From a virus, in IMG/VR virus record IMGVR_UViG_3300020377_000001, positions 11,142 through 75,141 of that record: a stretch of 64,000 nt of DNA; one strand, 5' to 3'. The notes beneath the pieces are model-generated. The model was not told the DNA's origin, ran no database searches, and saw nothing but the letters and a program-made list of their open reading frames with translations. Below, in pieces: positions 27,394-39,300 of this stretch; position 1 is the stretch's first letter; each line of letters opens with the position of its first letter. Position numbers and translations under genes: made by a program.

Positions 27394-29652
27394 ATGTCTG
27401 GCAACGTGTTGCCTCTGCAGCAGAGGCCGCCAAGGGGCACAATTACGCTAATAGGTCCTGACCAAGACATGATTGATGTCGCAGATGCAGGCAGCGGATT
27501 AACCTGCGTGCACGTTCTGTCTGAATCGGTGGACACTTCGCGTGTCTGCACAGATGCGTTTGCGTTTGTTGATGAGTATTTGGACCATGGTTGGTTGGAT
27601 TCGCAGATTAAGTCTGATCCCAGGTGGAATGAGAAGAGATATAAGCACGGTCATTCATCAAATTCGATTCATTTAAAAAGCCCCATTCCCTCTACGCCAA
27701 ACTCGTTGTCTGTCTCCATACTCGTAAACCTAGAAAAGGGATCGGCCGAAGGCGTAAGATGTATAGAGTCCATCAAAGAGAGGACCATCTATCCATACAG
27801 AAACCTAGTTATTACATGCGATTCGTCTGATGACCTTGTTTACTCCACAATAAAGGCACAGGAGGACAGGCGAGACCTTGTTGAGGAGATAAGCAGCAAC
27901 ATATCAGACCTCGACAGGATGATAGTCGGCGTTAGCACCGCGTTTTCAAGGGGCGCAGATATGGTCTGCGTAGTGGATGAGGGATGCTTGGTCACCCATG
28001 GGTGGCTAACAAGGATGGTTCAGTGTCAATACCTCACGGAGTCTTCTGCTGTTTCGCCAATGATGAACGAGTCGTTTGACATGCCTCTACCAATGGGGTT
28101 GTCACCAAAGTGCGGATCTCACAACCTGTCTGGACCTCATAGCTATCTAGATGTCGCTCGGGGTCTTTCCGTTATCAATCCAGACTTCCCCCCTCTAACG
28201 ATGATGTCTGACGACTGCGTAATGTTCACCGCAGAGTCTTGGTCTGAGAACGGATTTAGCGTTGGAGAGACAAATCGTTGGACGGCCCTGGCGTCGATGT
28301 GGGCATCAATCAGAGAGTCGGGCGGAAGGTGTCTTGTTGCAGATCATTCTTATGTATTCAAAAGGAATGACCCCAAGACGACAAGAATAGGCAATCGCTT
28401 GAGGGCTGGGCTTTCTTCGCTGTATTCAGACCTTATAGACTCCGATAGCAAGTGGTCCGCCACATCGACCACAAACAGGCATAGGGCTCATGTCTCCAGC
28501 GTCAAGCCCGCATCTGTGCCTGTGGCAATGACCATGACAAGCATTGGACACTGGGGCGGCATCATCGCGCCGTTGAGGATTTGTCAGGAGCTAAACGAGC
28601 TCGGCTTCTCGGCGTCTGCCGCATACTTGAAGACTTCTGGTGAAGCCTCGATGCCAAGAGAGTGGTGCCTTCCGTTCACTCCAAGAAGATTTAACACGAT
28701 GCAGTCTCTCGAGGATTGGAAAGTCTCTATGGGGTGGGATCGAGGGTTTGTTGTTTCGTCTCATGTTTTCTCTGCATCAATAACTGAATCTGTGAAGTCT
28801 GTCTGCCCTGAGGTTTCCACTGTTTCGTTTTGGCAGGATCGAGAAGACCTGTTCGACGGGTCGGAAAGAAACACTCAGATGAAAAAGTCTCATGTGGATC
28901 GATTTCTGGAGTCTGACTTTCATGTCTTTAACTCGTCTTGGGTCTCGGATTCCGTTTTGACCGACTTTGGCTCCCTTGGCAAGAATGCGACGATACCGAT
29001 AGGTGTAGATACCTTAATGTTCAGGCCGAGCGTTCGACAGAAGGGTGGTAAGGTCAGAATTATATCCATGTGGAGACCTCACACGTCCAGAAGGGGACAC
29101 GAGCACCTAATGGCTCTTTATAGGCTCATAAGGCGTGAGTACGGAAACACTGTGTCGTTAGAGGTGTATGGTGAGAAATCCCCAGGACATGAAATACACT
29201 CGATCGTTGATTGTCATCACGGGTGGTTAAACAGGCGTGAACTGTCTCAGGTTGTGCCGTCTTGCGACATTGTTGTGGAGCCAAGCCAGTTCCAGGGCTT
29301 TGGCATGCCTGGGCTAGAGGCGATGTCCTCTGGGTGTGCCTTGGTCAGCACCGATAATATGGGAATACATGAGTATGGTGTTCATGGGGAGAACTGTCTC
29401 ATAGGGGGTTCGATAGAGGCAATGCATGGTCACACTAAAAGGCTGATCGATGATTCGGTCCTTCGAGAGTCTATTAGCCACAATGGAAGGGTACGCGCAC
29501 TCAACTTCGACTGGGCAACGGTCGGCGCCAGATGGGGCATGTTTTTGCTTTCTGCAGACAAAGACTTGGGCAGATCCTATAGGCAGTCAACCCAGAGGAT
29601 ACTTGATAATATAAGCAAGGTCCGAGAGAAGTGGACCGGCCCTGCTGAGTAA
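27394..29652 (+). CDS. Glycosyltransferase (degenerate GT2-like plus GT4 domains)
   Basis: VVDEGCLVTHGWL...VSP; IPIGVD...F; PSQFQGFGMPGLEAMSSG; HGENCL. Confidence 0.85.
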   Translation: MSGNVLPLQQRPPRGTITLIGPDQDMIDVADAGSGLTCVHVLSESVDTSRVCTDAFAFVDEYLDHGWLDSQIKSDPRWNEKRYKHGHSSNSIHLKSPIPSTPNSLSVSILVNLEKGSAEGVRCIESIKERTIYPYRNLVITCDSSDDLVYSTIKAQEDRRDLVEEISSNISDLDRMIVGVSTAFSRGADMVCVVDEGCLVTHGWLTRMVQCQYLTESSAVSPMMNESFDMPLPMGLSPKCGSHNLSGPHSYLDVARGLSVINPDFPPLTMMSDDCVMFTAESWSENGFSVGETNRWTALASMWASIRESGGRCLVADHSYVFKRNDPKTTRIGNRLRAGLSSLYSDLIDSDSKWSATSTTNRHRAHVSSVKPASVPVAMTMTSIGHWGGIIAPLRICQELNELGFSASAAYLKTSGEASMPREWCLPFTPRRFNTMQSLEDWKVSMGWDRGFVVSSHVFSASITESVKSVCPEVSTVSFWQDREDLFDGSERNTQMKKSHVDRFLESDFHVFNSSWVSDSVLTDFGSLGKNATIPIGVDTLMFRPSVRQKGGKVRIISMWRPHTSRRGHEHLMALYRLIRREYGNTVSLEVYGEKSPGHEIHSIVDCHHGWLNRRELSQVVPSCDIVVEPSQFQGFGMPGLEAMSSGCALVSTDNMGIHEYGVHGENCLIGGSIEAMHGHTKRLIDDSVLRESISHNGRVRALNFDWATVGARWGMFLLSADKDLGRSYRQSTQRILDNISKVREKWTGPAE

Positions 29653-29782
29653 AGGTGGTCGCCCGTGAGACGGAAGGTGCGTAGGCTGTGTGATTCGGCT
29701 ATAATTGAATCGTTGGCGGCAGGCATCACTGTCGTCGCTGTCTCTGTGGGTATCTCAATCGCTTTATGGAGGGCTTCTACTC

Positions 29783-30277
29783 ATGCCAAAGACAACAACG
29801 GGTCTACACTCTTGGATGGGTGAGACTGGCACCAATTACTTCCACGAGCTCACTCGACAGGCATTTAGGCTTGCAGAGGAGATCACTGAGGAGGCTGTGG
29901 GCAACAACCAGATTCCGAGAACGGTTTCGATTATAAGGAAAACAGAGACTGTTGCCGCCAATACTGCGCTTGGTGTTAAGGCTACTTGGGCAACTGTCCC
30001 AGGGCTTGATTCTGTAGAAGCTTTGATTCACTACCCAAGAAGCTGGAACGAGTCACAGCAGCAGGAGATCAAGCTTCTTGCGGGAGAGAGGGTGGTCGTT
30101 TTGGTTGACGTCCCATCTGGTGGGGGCGTTTCTGCAGACAAGATCTCTTTGACAGACAGGCTCAAGTACAACGATCCGACTTATGGAGAGTCTTATTGGG
30201 AAATCGTAGAAGTTCTTCCGATTCAGGGACCCGGGATGGTTAGGACGAGGGTTAGGTTCGATAGGCAAGACTCCTGA
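29783..30277 (+). CDS. Putative head closure protein
   Basis: Beta-rich, TVSIIR...W...DRL...WEIVEV; neck position. Confidence 0.5.
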   Translation: MPKTTTGLHSWMGETGTNYFHELTRQAFRLAEEITEEAVGNNQIPRTVSIIRKTETVAANTALGVKATWATVPGLDSVEALIHYPRSWNESQQQEIKLLAGERVVVLVDVPSGGGVSADKISLTDRLKYNDPTYGESYWEIVEVLPIQGPGMVRTRVRFDRQDS

Positions 30278-31062
30278 TGCAGCACTTGAACACAAACCGA
30301 GGCAAGCTGCCAACTATGGGGTTTAGGCTTGGCATAGCCAAGCTTCCAAACCTATCCAAGGCTGCGGACATTGGTCCTGGAAGAGAAGAAGTACATCTAG
30401 GTGGCGTAAAGTCCATGTTCTTGTTTGACATGAGGCTTAAGTCTATTAGCCACACGATTCGCGCCATCGGCGAGATTGACTCTGCCACTAAATCGTTTGC
30501 ACATAATTTGGTGGCAAACGCTGCAATGCATGCGACCCAGACCTTCAGGGGCAACTCGAGGGAAATCAAGGGCGGGTTTAGAGACTCTTGGCACCATTTC
30601 TTCAAGCCTGGAAAGGCGCCTGCCCACACTGGGAACCCTTTTGCCAAAAAAATGACGTTCTACTTCGGTGTCAGTGCGGGTGACAAATATTACAAACCTA
30701 TGGGTGATAAGGGTGGAACCATCATTGAGTGGCTAGAGTATGGCACCAAGCCTCACAATATTTTTCTGAAAACGGCGCCAGCGTTCTTCTTTCATTGGCC
30801 TCCAAACCCAAGGACGGGCAGCCCTGGCTCAGATTACGTTTTTCCAATAAAAGGAACGAACGTGTTCCATGGGTTGCCGCCAACAAAAAACTATCTGGCT
30901 CACCCAGGCATCAAGCCTTATGGATTCATTAGAAAAACATTTGGTGAAATGGTATCTGTGTTCGAGGGTGGCGTTGTAGGTCCGATTGAGAGGTTGAGGT
31001 TTTTTGTCGGCGTAAGCTGGAAGGGGTCTCAGAAGGGATCGCCTGCCGGTAGGGTCATGTAG
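30277..31062 (+). CDS. Putative tail completion protein (HK97 gp10-like)
   Basis: WLEYGTKPH and HPGIKPYGF motifs. Confidence 0.65.
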   Translation: MQHLNTNRGKLPTMGFRLGIAKLPNLSKAADIGPGREEVHLGGVKSMFLFDMRLKSISHTIRAIGEIDSATKSFAHNLVANAAMHATQTFRGNSREIKGGFRDSWHHFFKPGKAPAHTGNPFAKKMTFYFGVSAGDKYYKPMGDKGGTIIEWLEYGTKPHNIFLKTAPAFFFHWPPNPRTGSPGSDYVFPIKGTNVFHGLPPTKNYLAHPGIKPYGFIRKTFGEMVSVFEGGVVGPIERLRFFVGVSWKGSQKGSPAGRVM

Positions 31063-31073
31063 GATTTTGTTTT

Positions 31074-31634
31074 ATGGATGCATCTAGAACATCGAAAAAC
31101 ATAAGAATTACGATTCAAGATAAGATCGGCAACGATGTGACGGTGGATGGCATAACCTACCCAATTTATCACAATTACGTTTTCGCTGACCCCGATGACA
31201 AGAGGAGTCCAGACGCCAGGACGCAAAGCCCAGCCTGGGTTGAGAGCACATTTGTCTCACAAACCGCAGGAAGGAGGGGCTTTTCTCTGCTTCAGCTTGA
31301 CGTGTTTTCTAAGGTTGGGGGAGAGTCTGAAGACGACAACGATCCCTTTGGAATGCGTGCGGAGGACATTGCAGACGCTCTAGAGGATCTTTTTTCTGGA
31401 TTAAATAATCAGGGACGACACAAAAGTCGATTTCATGTGAAAAACTATCAAAACCCCTTTAATCCTATAGACACAGGGGTTTGCATGTTATGCAAGAACT
31501 CTCGAGGAGACCTCGGTATGGTTGAAGAGAGAAGAATAAGTAGTAGCGAAGAAGGTCTTCGCAGGATTACAATAACGATGAGATTCCAGTTGCTGCAAGA
31601 TGCTTCTGGTCCGGCAGCGTTTTACATAGACTAG
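31074..31634 (+). CDS. Putative tail terminator
   Basis: LLQLDVF...IADALEDLF; directly before the tail tube gene. Confidence 0.55.
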   Translation: MDASRTSKNIRITIQDKIGNDVTVDGITYPIYHNYVFADPDDKRSPDARTQSPAWVESTFVSQTAGRRGFSLLQLDVFSKVGGESEDDNDPFGMRAEDIADALEDLFSGLNNQGRHKSRFHVKNYQNPFNPIDTGVCMLCKNSRGDLGMVEERRISSSEEGLRRITITMRFQLLQDASGPAAFYID

Positions 31635-31645
31635 GAGGATAGAGC

Positions 31646-32305
31646 ATGCCAATTTCAGGAAAACAGTCCGTTGGTTCAGTATCGAACCTTTTTCAAGGCT
31701 ACTGGAGCCAAGTTCAATTCAGACCAGGGAACACGGCCGCCGGTAACGCCTACAAGTATTTAGGTGTCGTTCAAGAGGGCGCTCTGGAGATTTCTCGTGA
31801 GGATGCGGAGTACATGGGTACAACCTTCCCTCGAGTTATGGAGGTTATCGCTCCGTCTCAAGCAGGCATGTCGTTCTCAGGTCAAATGGATGAGCTTCAC
31901 CATCGAAACCTTCAGGTCTCTGCAGGCATTGGCATGGCTCCAACCTCTAAGGCGATTGCAGACGACAATGATCCAGCAACTCTTGACGATCCAGGCGATT
32001 ACATCTTCCCTGGCGCAAGCTGTGCGTTTGACAACGCCTTCGGCACTCTTAAGTGCGCTCGAGAGCGATGCGACGGATTCAAGATGGAGGCAGTTCTTTG
32101 GAAGGCTCTTTCAACTGGCTCAATTTCAATCGGTGGCAACGACAACGTAATCGGAACGCCTGTTGAGTTTACCGCACTTGATGATAGCAATGGCGAATAT
32201 CACAGCACTCAAGCTCCTAACAACGGTCAAGAGCACTTTGGCTCTCTGGCGCCTCTTGGTTACCTATATGCTCCGCTTCCTGCAGCAGGCAGTGATGTGG
32301 TCTAA
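31646..32305 (+). CDS. Major tail (tube) protein
   Basis: Strong RBS AGGAGG; YLGVVQEG...PVEFTAL pattern; precedes chaperones and TMP. Confidence 0.7.
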   Translation: MPISGKQSVGSVSNLFQGYWSQVQFRPGNTAAGNAYKYLGVVQEGALEISREDAEYMGTTFPRVMEVIAPSQAGMSFSGQMDELHHRNLQVSAGIGMAPTSKAIADDNDPATLDDPGDYIFPGASCAFDNAFGTLKCARERCDGFKMEAVLWKALSTGSISIGGNDNVIGTPVEFTALDDSNGEYHSTQAPNNGQEHFGSLAPLGYLYAPLPAAGSDVV

Positions 32306-32766
32306 GAGTTAGCTTTCATAAAGCTACTCTTCATCGTAGAGACGTTCTCCCTATATGCTCTCTGGTCGGCCACGTCGAGGTTGACCAGAGAGTACCTTCT
32401 TCCAGCCACCTTTCGTTTCCATCCATAAATACGTTGAGCTCGTCTCTCTCTTTCAATCTGTTTCGGATCTGCGCTCACGTTTGGTCGTGACCGATTTTCA
32501 ATCTGAGGTGACGGCGGTGGAGCGTCTGATCCGTCTCCAACAAAAGACTTTGCAACCTGATTGATTGGATAGAATAGGGAGGTTGCCCATCCTTGGACAT
32601 CGGAGGCAAATTCTGCACGAGTTCGACGGCGCATATATGCGTCTGGCGTCATGCCGCACTTGTGCGCGACAACGCTAAGAAGCGAATCGACCGATGGAAG
32701 ATCTACACCCCCGTCAGAATTAGAGTCGGACTCTACTCCCCCGCTGCCAGGGGCACGAGGTTTCCC
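32302..32766 (-). CDS. Tail assembly chaperone T-part, reached by -1 frameshift
   Basis: -1 frame is open from GGGAAAC (32766-32760) into the MTPDAY ORF. Confidence 0.7.
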   Translation of the reverse strand, partial: GKPRAPGSGGVESDSNSDGGVDLPSVDSLLSVVAHKCGMTPDAYMRRRTRAEFASDVQGWATSLFYPINQVAKSFVGDGSDAPPPSPQIENRSRPNVSADPKQIERERRAQRIYGWKRKVAGRRYSLVNLDVADQRAYRENVSTMKSSFMKANS

Positions 32767-33290
32767 AGGGCGGCCACATACTCGTTCAACTCAAAGGCTT
32801 TGTTGATGATATAGGTGGATTGTACGAGACTGATTTCGTCACGTATATAAGCCCTGACCTCTTTGCATCCCACATAAATATGGTCTTCATCTCGCTCTTC
32901 TTCGGCCCCATCTGGTATAATTCCAGCATCCAATAGGATTTTTCTGTTTGTGGGGGTGTCTAGAAGGATGACTGCACTCTTTACCATCGCTGGCGACAAC
33001 TGCTTTCCCAGCACAGTTCTTGCCGCAGACCAAAGCTCTGGTCCCTTCTCAGCAACCTTCGGTATGATGTCTAAGGCTGAAGTGTCGGTGGTGTCGGCGT
33101 TGATAGAAAGTATTTCACCAAGAGGCTTAAATACCGATCCCACGTCCAATTCAGACAATGCTTCAAGCAGGGCGGTCTCTTGGTGCATTTTTGATGTCGA
33201 TAAGGTAAAAGTACTTGTACCTACAGGCACCTCGGTCTTCTTTGGTCGAAGGTGCTTAAAGGCGTCTGTGGCTCTTTTTTTGGTGGCCAT
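32733..33290 (-). CDS. Tail assembly chaperone (G-like)
   Basis: Between tube and TMP; G GGA AAC slippery site near its 3' end. Confidence 0.7.
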   Translation of the reverse strand: MATKKRATDAFKHLRPKKTEVPVGTSTFTLSTSKMHQETALLEALSELDVGSVFKPLGEILSINADTTDTSALDIIPKVAEKGPELWSAARTVLGKQLSPAMVKSAVILLDTPTNRKILLDAGIIPDGAEEERDEDHIYVGCKEVRAYIRDEISLVQSTYIINKAFELNEYVAALGNLVPLAAGE

Positions 33291-33324
33291 GTTTTGCTCC
33301 TAGTGAAGTGTGTGGTTTAGTCTT

Positions 33325-33352
33325 AGCATATACTGGGGGCGCTGTGAATCAA
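33325..33352 (-). promoter_or_regulatory. Possible promoter for the inverted chaperone genes
   Basis: TTGATT-N16-TATGCT. Confidence 0.35.
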
Positions 33353-33368
33353 CTTTGTGAGGTTTTCT

Positions 33369-36300
33369 ATGGCAAGTAGAACTAATAACTTGACCCTTGT
33401 TTTGGGTGTCGCGGATAGAAACTTTTCCGCAGGTCTTAAGAAGGCTCAGACTAACCTCGCGACGTTTGCGGCTGGATTTAGCCGCGCATTCGGAAAGAAG
33501 AAAAGGGGTGGTGTCGACGGGATGGCGTCGAGCATCCTTAATCTTGCCACCGCCATCGAGAGGCTCAATGCCGCAGTTGCGAAAAGCCCTCTTCATGGAT
33601 TTTCTGCGAAGGTGAGAAGAACATCGGTTGCAATGAACGGCGCCCGAAAGGCCACTCGCAGGCTCAATCGTAGGCTTTCTAGAACTCGTGCTGCTGCCGC
33701 TGCTGCAGGAAAGGGCGCAGACAGGGCGGCGCTTAGCATGGGTAGACTAAGGAAGTCTACAGCAAGAACCGCAGAGGCGATTCGGAGTACTGCCGTCAAT
33801 CTCAAGTTTATGATTGCCACAATGGTTGGTGGAGCAGCGGCAATAGGGGTCGTTAAGTTTGGCGCCGACTTTGAGAAGAGGCTTGGTGAAATAGACACCC
33901 TTCTCGATGCGAACACGGTCAGCATACAAAGGTATCAAGAGCAGTTAATCAAGCTGTCCCAGTCTACGCCAAAAACACTTATGGACCTGTCTGGTGCACT
34001 CTATCAGATTATATCTGCAGGCATACCAGCGGTCGAGGGCGCAGGTGGCGCATTCGACATATTGACACAATCACAGAAGCTTGCTGTTGGTTCGATTTCA
34101 GAAACAAAGCAGTCGGCAGACCTTCTAATCACAACGATGGCTGCATTCAAGCACGAGAACCTTGGTTCCGCAGAGGCAGCAGACAAGCTCACAGCGATCT
34201 ATCAAAAGGGTAGGACGACTATACCTCAACTTAGTAAGGCGTTTGGTAGGGCTGCTCCGATCGCGGCGCAATTTGGCGTTAGTCTAGATGAGTTGGGTGG
34301 GTTGTTGATTGGGTTGACCCGCGCAGGTCTGAACACAAACGAGGCCGTGACAGGCATTCGAGCAATGATGAGCAGTCTTGCAAAGCCAACCAATAAAACT
34401 CGCGAGTTGCTTGAGTTGTTGAATATTGAGTTTGGTGAAAACGCGATCCAGACTAAGGGATTTAGCGGAGTCTTGGAAGATCTGATAGCAAAGACCGGTG
34501 GATCGGTTGAAGTCCTCTCACAACTGTTCCCAAACATTCGAGCGTTGCTTCCGGCGGTTATTGCTGCTGGTGATGGGTTTGGTGGGTTTCAGGCTAATGT
34601 TGATAGCGTCACCGACTCTATCGGTGCGTCAGATCAGGCTGTACTTAAGCAGCAGAAGAGGTTCTTCTTCGCCGCTGAGTTGCTAAAATCAAATTTTCAG
34701 GGCGTCATTCAACAGATTGCTGAAAAGACGCTGCCTGGGCTTACGATTATGCTCTCTCGATTGGGTGGATTTCTATCAGATAACAGGGAAGAGATTGTAT
34801 CGTTTGGTGTCCAGGCGATGAAATTTTTTGGCATGATTGGTTCTGCTGGGGGGCAGGCTCTTTTCAAGACGCTGAAGACTATTATTGAATTCCTGAGTAG
34901 CGGGTTCGGAAAAGCAGTCGCGTTGATTGCGGTTGTGAGCAAGCTTGGGCTCGTCTTCTTTGGCATGGGTAAGGCCGCTGTGTTGTCTCTGGGTAAAGCC
35001 TTACATTTATTTTTCCCCGCTGTGTTCACTGAGGCGGGGGCTTTGGCTGCGGGCGCATTCAATGGCGCATTCGAGAGTGCCTCCAACTCAAGGATGGGTC
35101 GTTTTTTTGGTGGTGCTGGCCCGTTTATAAGGGGAATCCTTGGGTTTCTCGGGCCGCTTGCCATTGGCGCGATGATTGCCAAGGCATTATTTGACGGATT
35201 TAGTGCGGCTGCAGATGAGGAGGCGGCGCAGGCTGGGGAAGAGCTCGCAAGAAAGCTCAAAGAGGCTGTTCAGAAGGCTGTTTCGGAAGCAGCCGCAGAG
35301 TTTAGAAGGCTGCAAGGTATTGACGCCAAGGATGTGGAGAAGACTCAGGAAAAAGTCGACCGAGGCACGCTTTTTGTAGATGAAGGTGAGGGCATCGGCA
35401 AAGCAAGGACACTTCAAAAAGACCTTGACCTTATGCTTAGAAGCGCAATCAACAAAAGGAGGATGGACTTAATTGAGGCAAAGAAGAAAGAACTGAAGGT
35501 CACCGTCCTCACCGCAAAGCAGGCTGGAGAGGTAGAGAACGCACTGCAGGAGGAGAATGCACAAATAAGGACTCGGGTTGTTGCAGAGCATGCAGAGAAG
35601 CATATGAAAATCATTGAGGCTAGAGCCGAAAAGGATGAAAAGCTGTCTAAAGCGGTTACAGAGAACCTAAATAAAGACATAGAACGCCAAAACAAACTCC
35701 TGCAAGACGCGAAGTCTAAACAGGAAAAGGGTTTTGATGCGGCGACAACCCATGTTGGCAGGCAGGTGGCAAAAATGTTTACAGGCTCAAGGGAAGAAAT
35801 GCTGGGTATGGCTCGACGCTTTAGAACGATTCTGGCAGGGGAGACCGAAGCAGAGCGAGCAGAGGCTGAAAAGGTTATCAATGAATTCATTGAGAAGATA
35901 AGTAAGTTGGAGAGTGATAGGGCAGCCAAAGACCAAGACGTAAAAAATCAAGCTAAATTCATTGCAGGTATGAATGCGGAACGGCGAAGTGGAGTAGATT
36001 CGGTAACCGGAAAACCGTTTACCGAAGAAAGCGCTAGGCGATTTGATAAAGGTATAGAGAGAAACATTGAATTCCAAAAAACGCAACAAGAAGACTTAAG
36101 AGTCTTAGAGACCATGTTGGCTAAAAGGCGGCAGGAGTTTGCGGCTGAATTTCCTAGATTGCAGGGATCCTTTCTTAAAATGGCTAATGCATTGGCTCAA
36201 CAAGTTATGCCAGATCAGATTGAGAAAACTACCGCTCAGATCACAGAATCGTTTGGTGAACAGTTCACTCAGATCGCCAAGCAGATCTCTCAAGATACCG

Positions 36301-39300
36301 ATTTTGGAAAAATCGATCTTATTGACGAAAGTACCGTTAACAAGGTTGCTGAAGCAAGGGCAGAACTGAAAAAGCTTGAAACAATTAAGGCAGCGATTCA
36401 GGGAGGGGATTTTACAGGTTTTTTCACAACATCATACTGGGCAAGCCTGGGCAAAGGGGTTCGAGAACTGGGTCGTGACATAATAAACCTTTCATTTATT
36501 CCAGAGCGATTAAGGCAGCTCGGACAGATAGGCGCAAGAGAAGCTGCGAAGACGAAGACAAAAGATAAGCGTGATAAGGATAAAGAGCCTAAGGTCAGAA
36601 AGCCGCCTAAAGCAAATTTTGATTCTCTCCTTAACAGACTTCGCAAGCAAAGGATTCGCCTAGAGGACAAGCTCCAGAAGATGGCGATTAAGACGCTCAA
36701 GATTGCCAATCAGCGTTTTCAGGTTGAGTCAAAGATCAATGCAACAGTTAAGGATCGGTCAGACACCGGCGAATTCAACGCTGAAAACAAAAGGCTTCTA
36801 CAGGAGGCTTTAAAGATTCGTCAAGATGCGGACATGAAGTCTCTAAACGATCGTCATAAAGCAGAGATGGACAACCTTAATCGTGAGATTGAAACAAGGA
36901 GAAAGGCGCACGAAGAGCAGAGGCGGAAGAATAGGGAAGACTTTGAGAAGGAGACCAAGAAGCGGTTCGGTCGTTCTGCCAAAAACAAGGTCATCAGGGG
37001 TGATATCGAAAATGAATTGAGGCTGATTGACGATGCGACAGAGTCTGAGATCAGTGAGGCGGCAAAGAAAAGAATCAAGGGTCGTATGAAGGAAACAGAC
37101 CCAAAAAAGCAGGAAGAGGCGCTTCAAGTCCTGTTGGAAAAGCGCAGGTCTATGCTTGTTGATGAAGGCAAGCTTGGTGAGGAGATTGCTAAAGAGCGCA
37201 GGGCTCGAGAGGAAAAATTTCAGAGCGAAAGAAGGCTTAAAGAGTTACAGCATCATCAACAGCAGGAGAAGTTGGAAAAAGACTTTTTTAAGAGGGGGCA
37301 AGATCACTTAAAGCGGCAGGAGTCTGAAAGAAAGGCGGCCAGGGATCGAGCGTTTGACGCTTTAAAGAGGAACCTTGAACTCTCGGGTGGAGATTTCCAA
37401 GTAGGCGCATTGAAGGCGCAGCAGGAGCTTCAAAGGGAGTCTAATCATCTTGCCGAGCAGCATAGGTCAATTCAGGACCGACTTAATCAGATATTAAAAA
37501 ATCGGACAAGGATGGATGGTTTGCATAACGCAGACCTGAAAGAGCAGAACGAGCTTCTTAGACAGCAGGCTGAGATAAGGAGAAAGCAGGCCGAGACGAA
37601 GCGGGCGCAGGAGTTTGCCCAGAAGTTTGGGGCAGGGGCGGGTGGTCAGCAAGGGTCTGTTATGCGTCTAGCGAGGCGCGGACTCGAGTTTCTTGGCGTC
37701 CCATCCTTCGATACGAAAGATTCAGCGAAGATTTTCGATCAAGCTACGGCAATGTCTGAGGCTTTTAAGAACGAAATCGCTGCAGCGTCCAAGGATCCTG
37801 AAACGAAGAAGAGGCTCGAAGCAATGGGTCTTTCTGCAGACCCCAAGAAGCGGGCAGCGTTTGCCAGAAAGGAGGCGACCGGCTCGGCGATTGAAATGGG
37901 TCCTGGCATGGAAAAGGAGATGCGGGCGTTTGCTCTCGCCGAGAAGTTCACAGGTAGCGACATTGCGAAAGCGGGACTGGATGTCGCCATCCCAGGCATG
38001 GGCGCCCAAATTGACAAGTTAAAGCAAGAGCTTTTCGACAATGAGCCTCACATGAAGATGTTTGAGGCTGCTGCTGAGGCCTCAGCAGAGTTTGCCAAGG
38101 GTAACGTGGGCGGACTGTTCGAGATGGTAAACAAGTTTGCCCAGAAGTTCTCTGATGAGTTGGTGAATCAGGTCTCTGGTGTCGCAACCAAGCTTGGTAG
38201 CTTGATAGGTGATTCGTTTGGAAAGTTTGCCGGAGATGTTTTCGGTAAGACTGTGGGTCCACTTTTGAACGCATCCTTGTCGTTCTTTGCAGAACATGTT
38301 GCAGGCAACATAGCGAGTGCGCTCGGCTCCTCGATGTCTATCATGACGGGTGGTGTCGCGGACGCATTTGGCTCTGTGAGCTCAGAGGACCGTCTCCAGT
38401 CCGTACAGATGGAGGCCAGGGATGCTGCGAAGAGAAACCTTTCTGAGGGCAATGAGGATGTCAGGAGCGCCGCAGGGAAGCGTGTGGCTGAATTAGATCG
38501 AGAGATTGCCTCAACTACAGACGCACAGAAAAAGCAAGACCTTATCAATCAGCGCAGAGAGGTTCTTGCCACCATGGAGGAGCAACTTCTCGAAAACAAA
38601 AGGCAGTTTGCAGATTCGGAGCGTCAAAGAGTAGAAGACGAGCGTGAAAACAACCCGATGAATCAGCTAGACAATGCCTTTAGCAGATCTATTGAAATGG
38701 CAGACAAGTTGGTTTTCGATCTTCCAAACTTGGCGTCTGCGGCAATCGACGGACTGATTCAAAACTTGCCTGTCTTGTTGGATAAGATGGCCGAGGGTCT
38801 GATGAGGACGGTTGACGCTATCGCTGACAAGATTCCCACTCTGCTGACCACCTTCGTCACATCAATCATAAACGTCATCCCCAAGCTTGCTTCAACATTA
38901 GGAAAGCTTATTCCAGCTTTGATCAAGGGGATCCTCAAGGCGCTAACAGAGATATTGAAAAACCTTGGTTCAATTATAGGACCCCTGGTGGAGATGGCTG
39001 TTACAGCCATAATCGATAGTCTAATAGAGCTCATAACTCAGTTGCCAGACATAGCGGTTGCTTTGGTTGAGGGCGTCATTACCGCTGTGGAGGTGCTTGC
39101 CGAGCAGGCGCCAAGGTTAATCTCTGCGCTTATTACAGCCTTGCCAATGTTGACGCTGGCTTTAATTTCAGCCATTCCAAGAATACTGGATGCGATAATT
39201 ATGGGTCTTCCAGACATCTTTGTTGCCTTCGGCAGGGGCATGTTCAGGGCGGCCATAGACTTTGGAAAGATGATCGGAAGGACGTTCACAAGGTTCGCAA

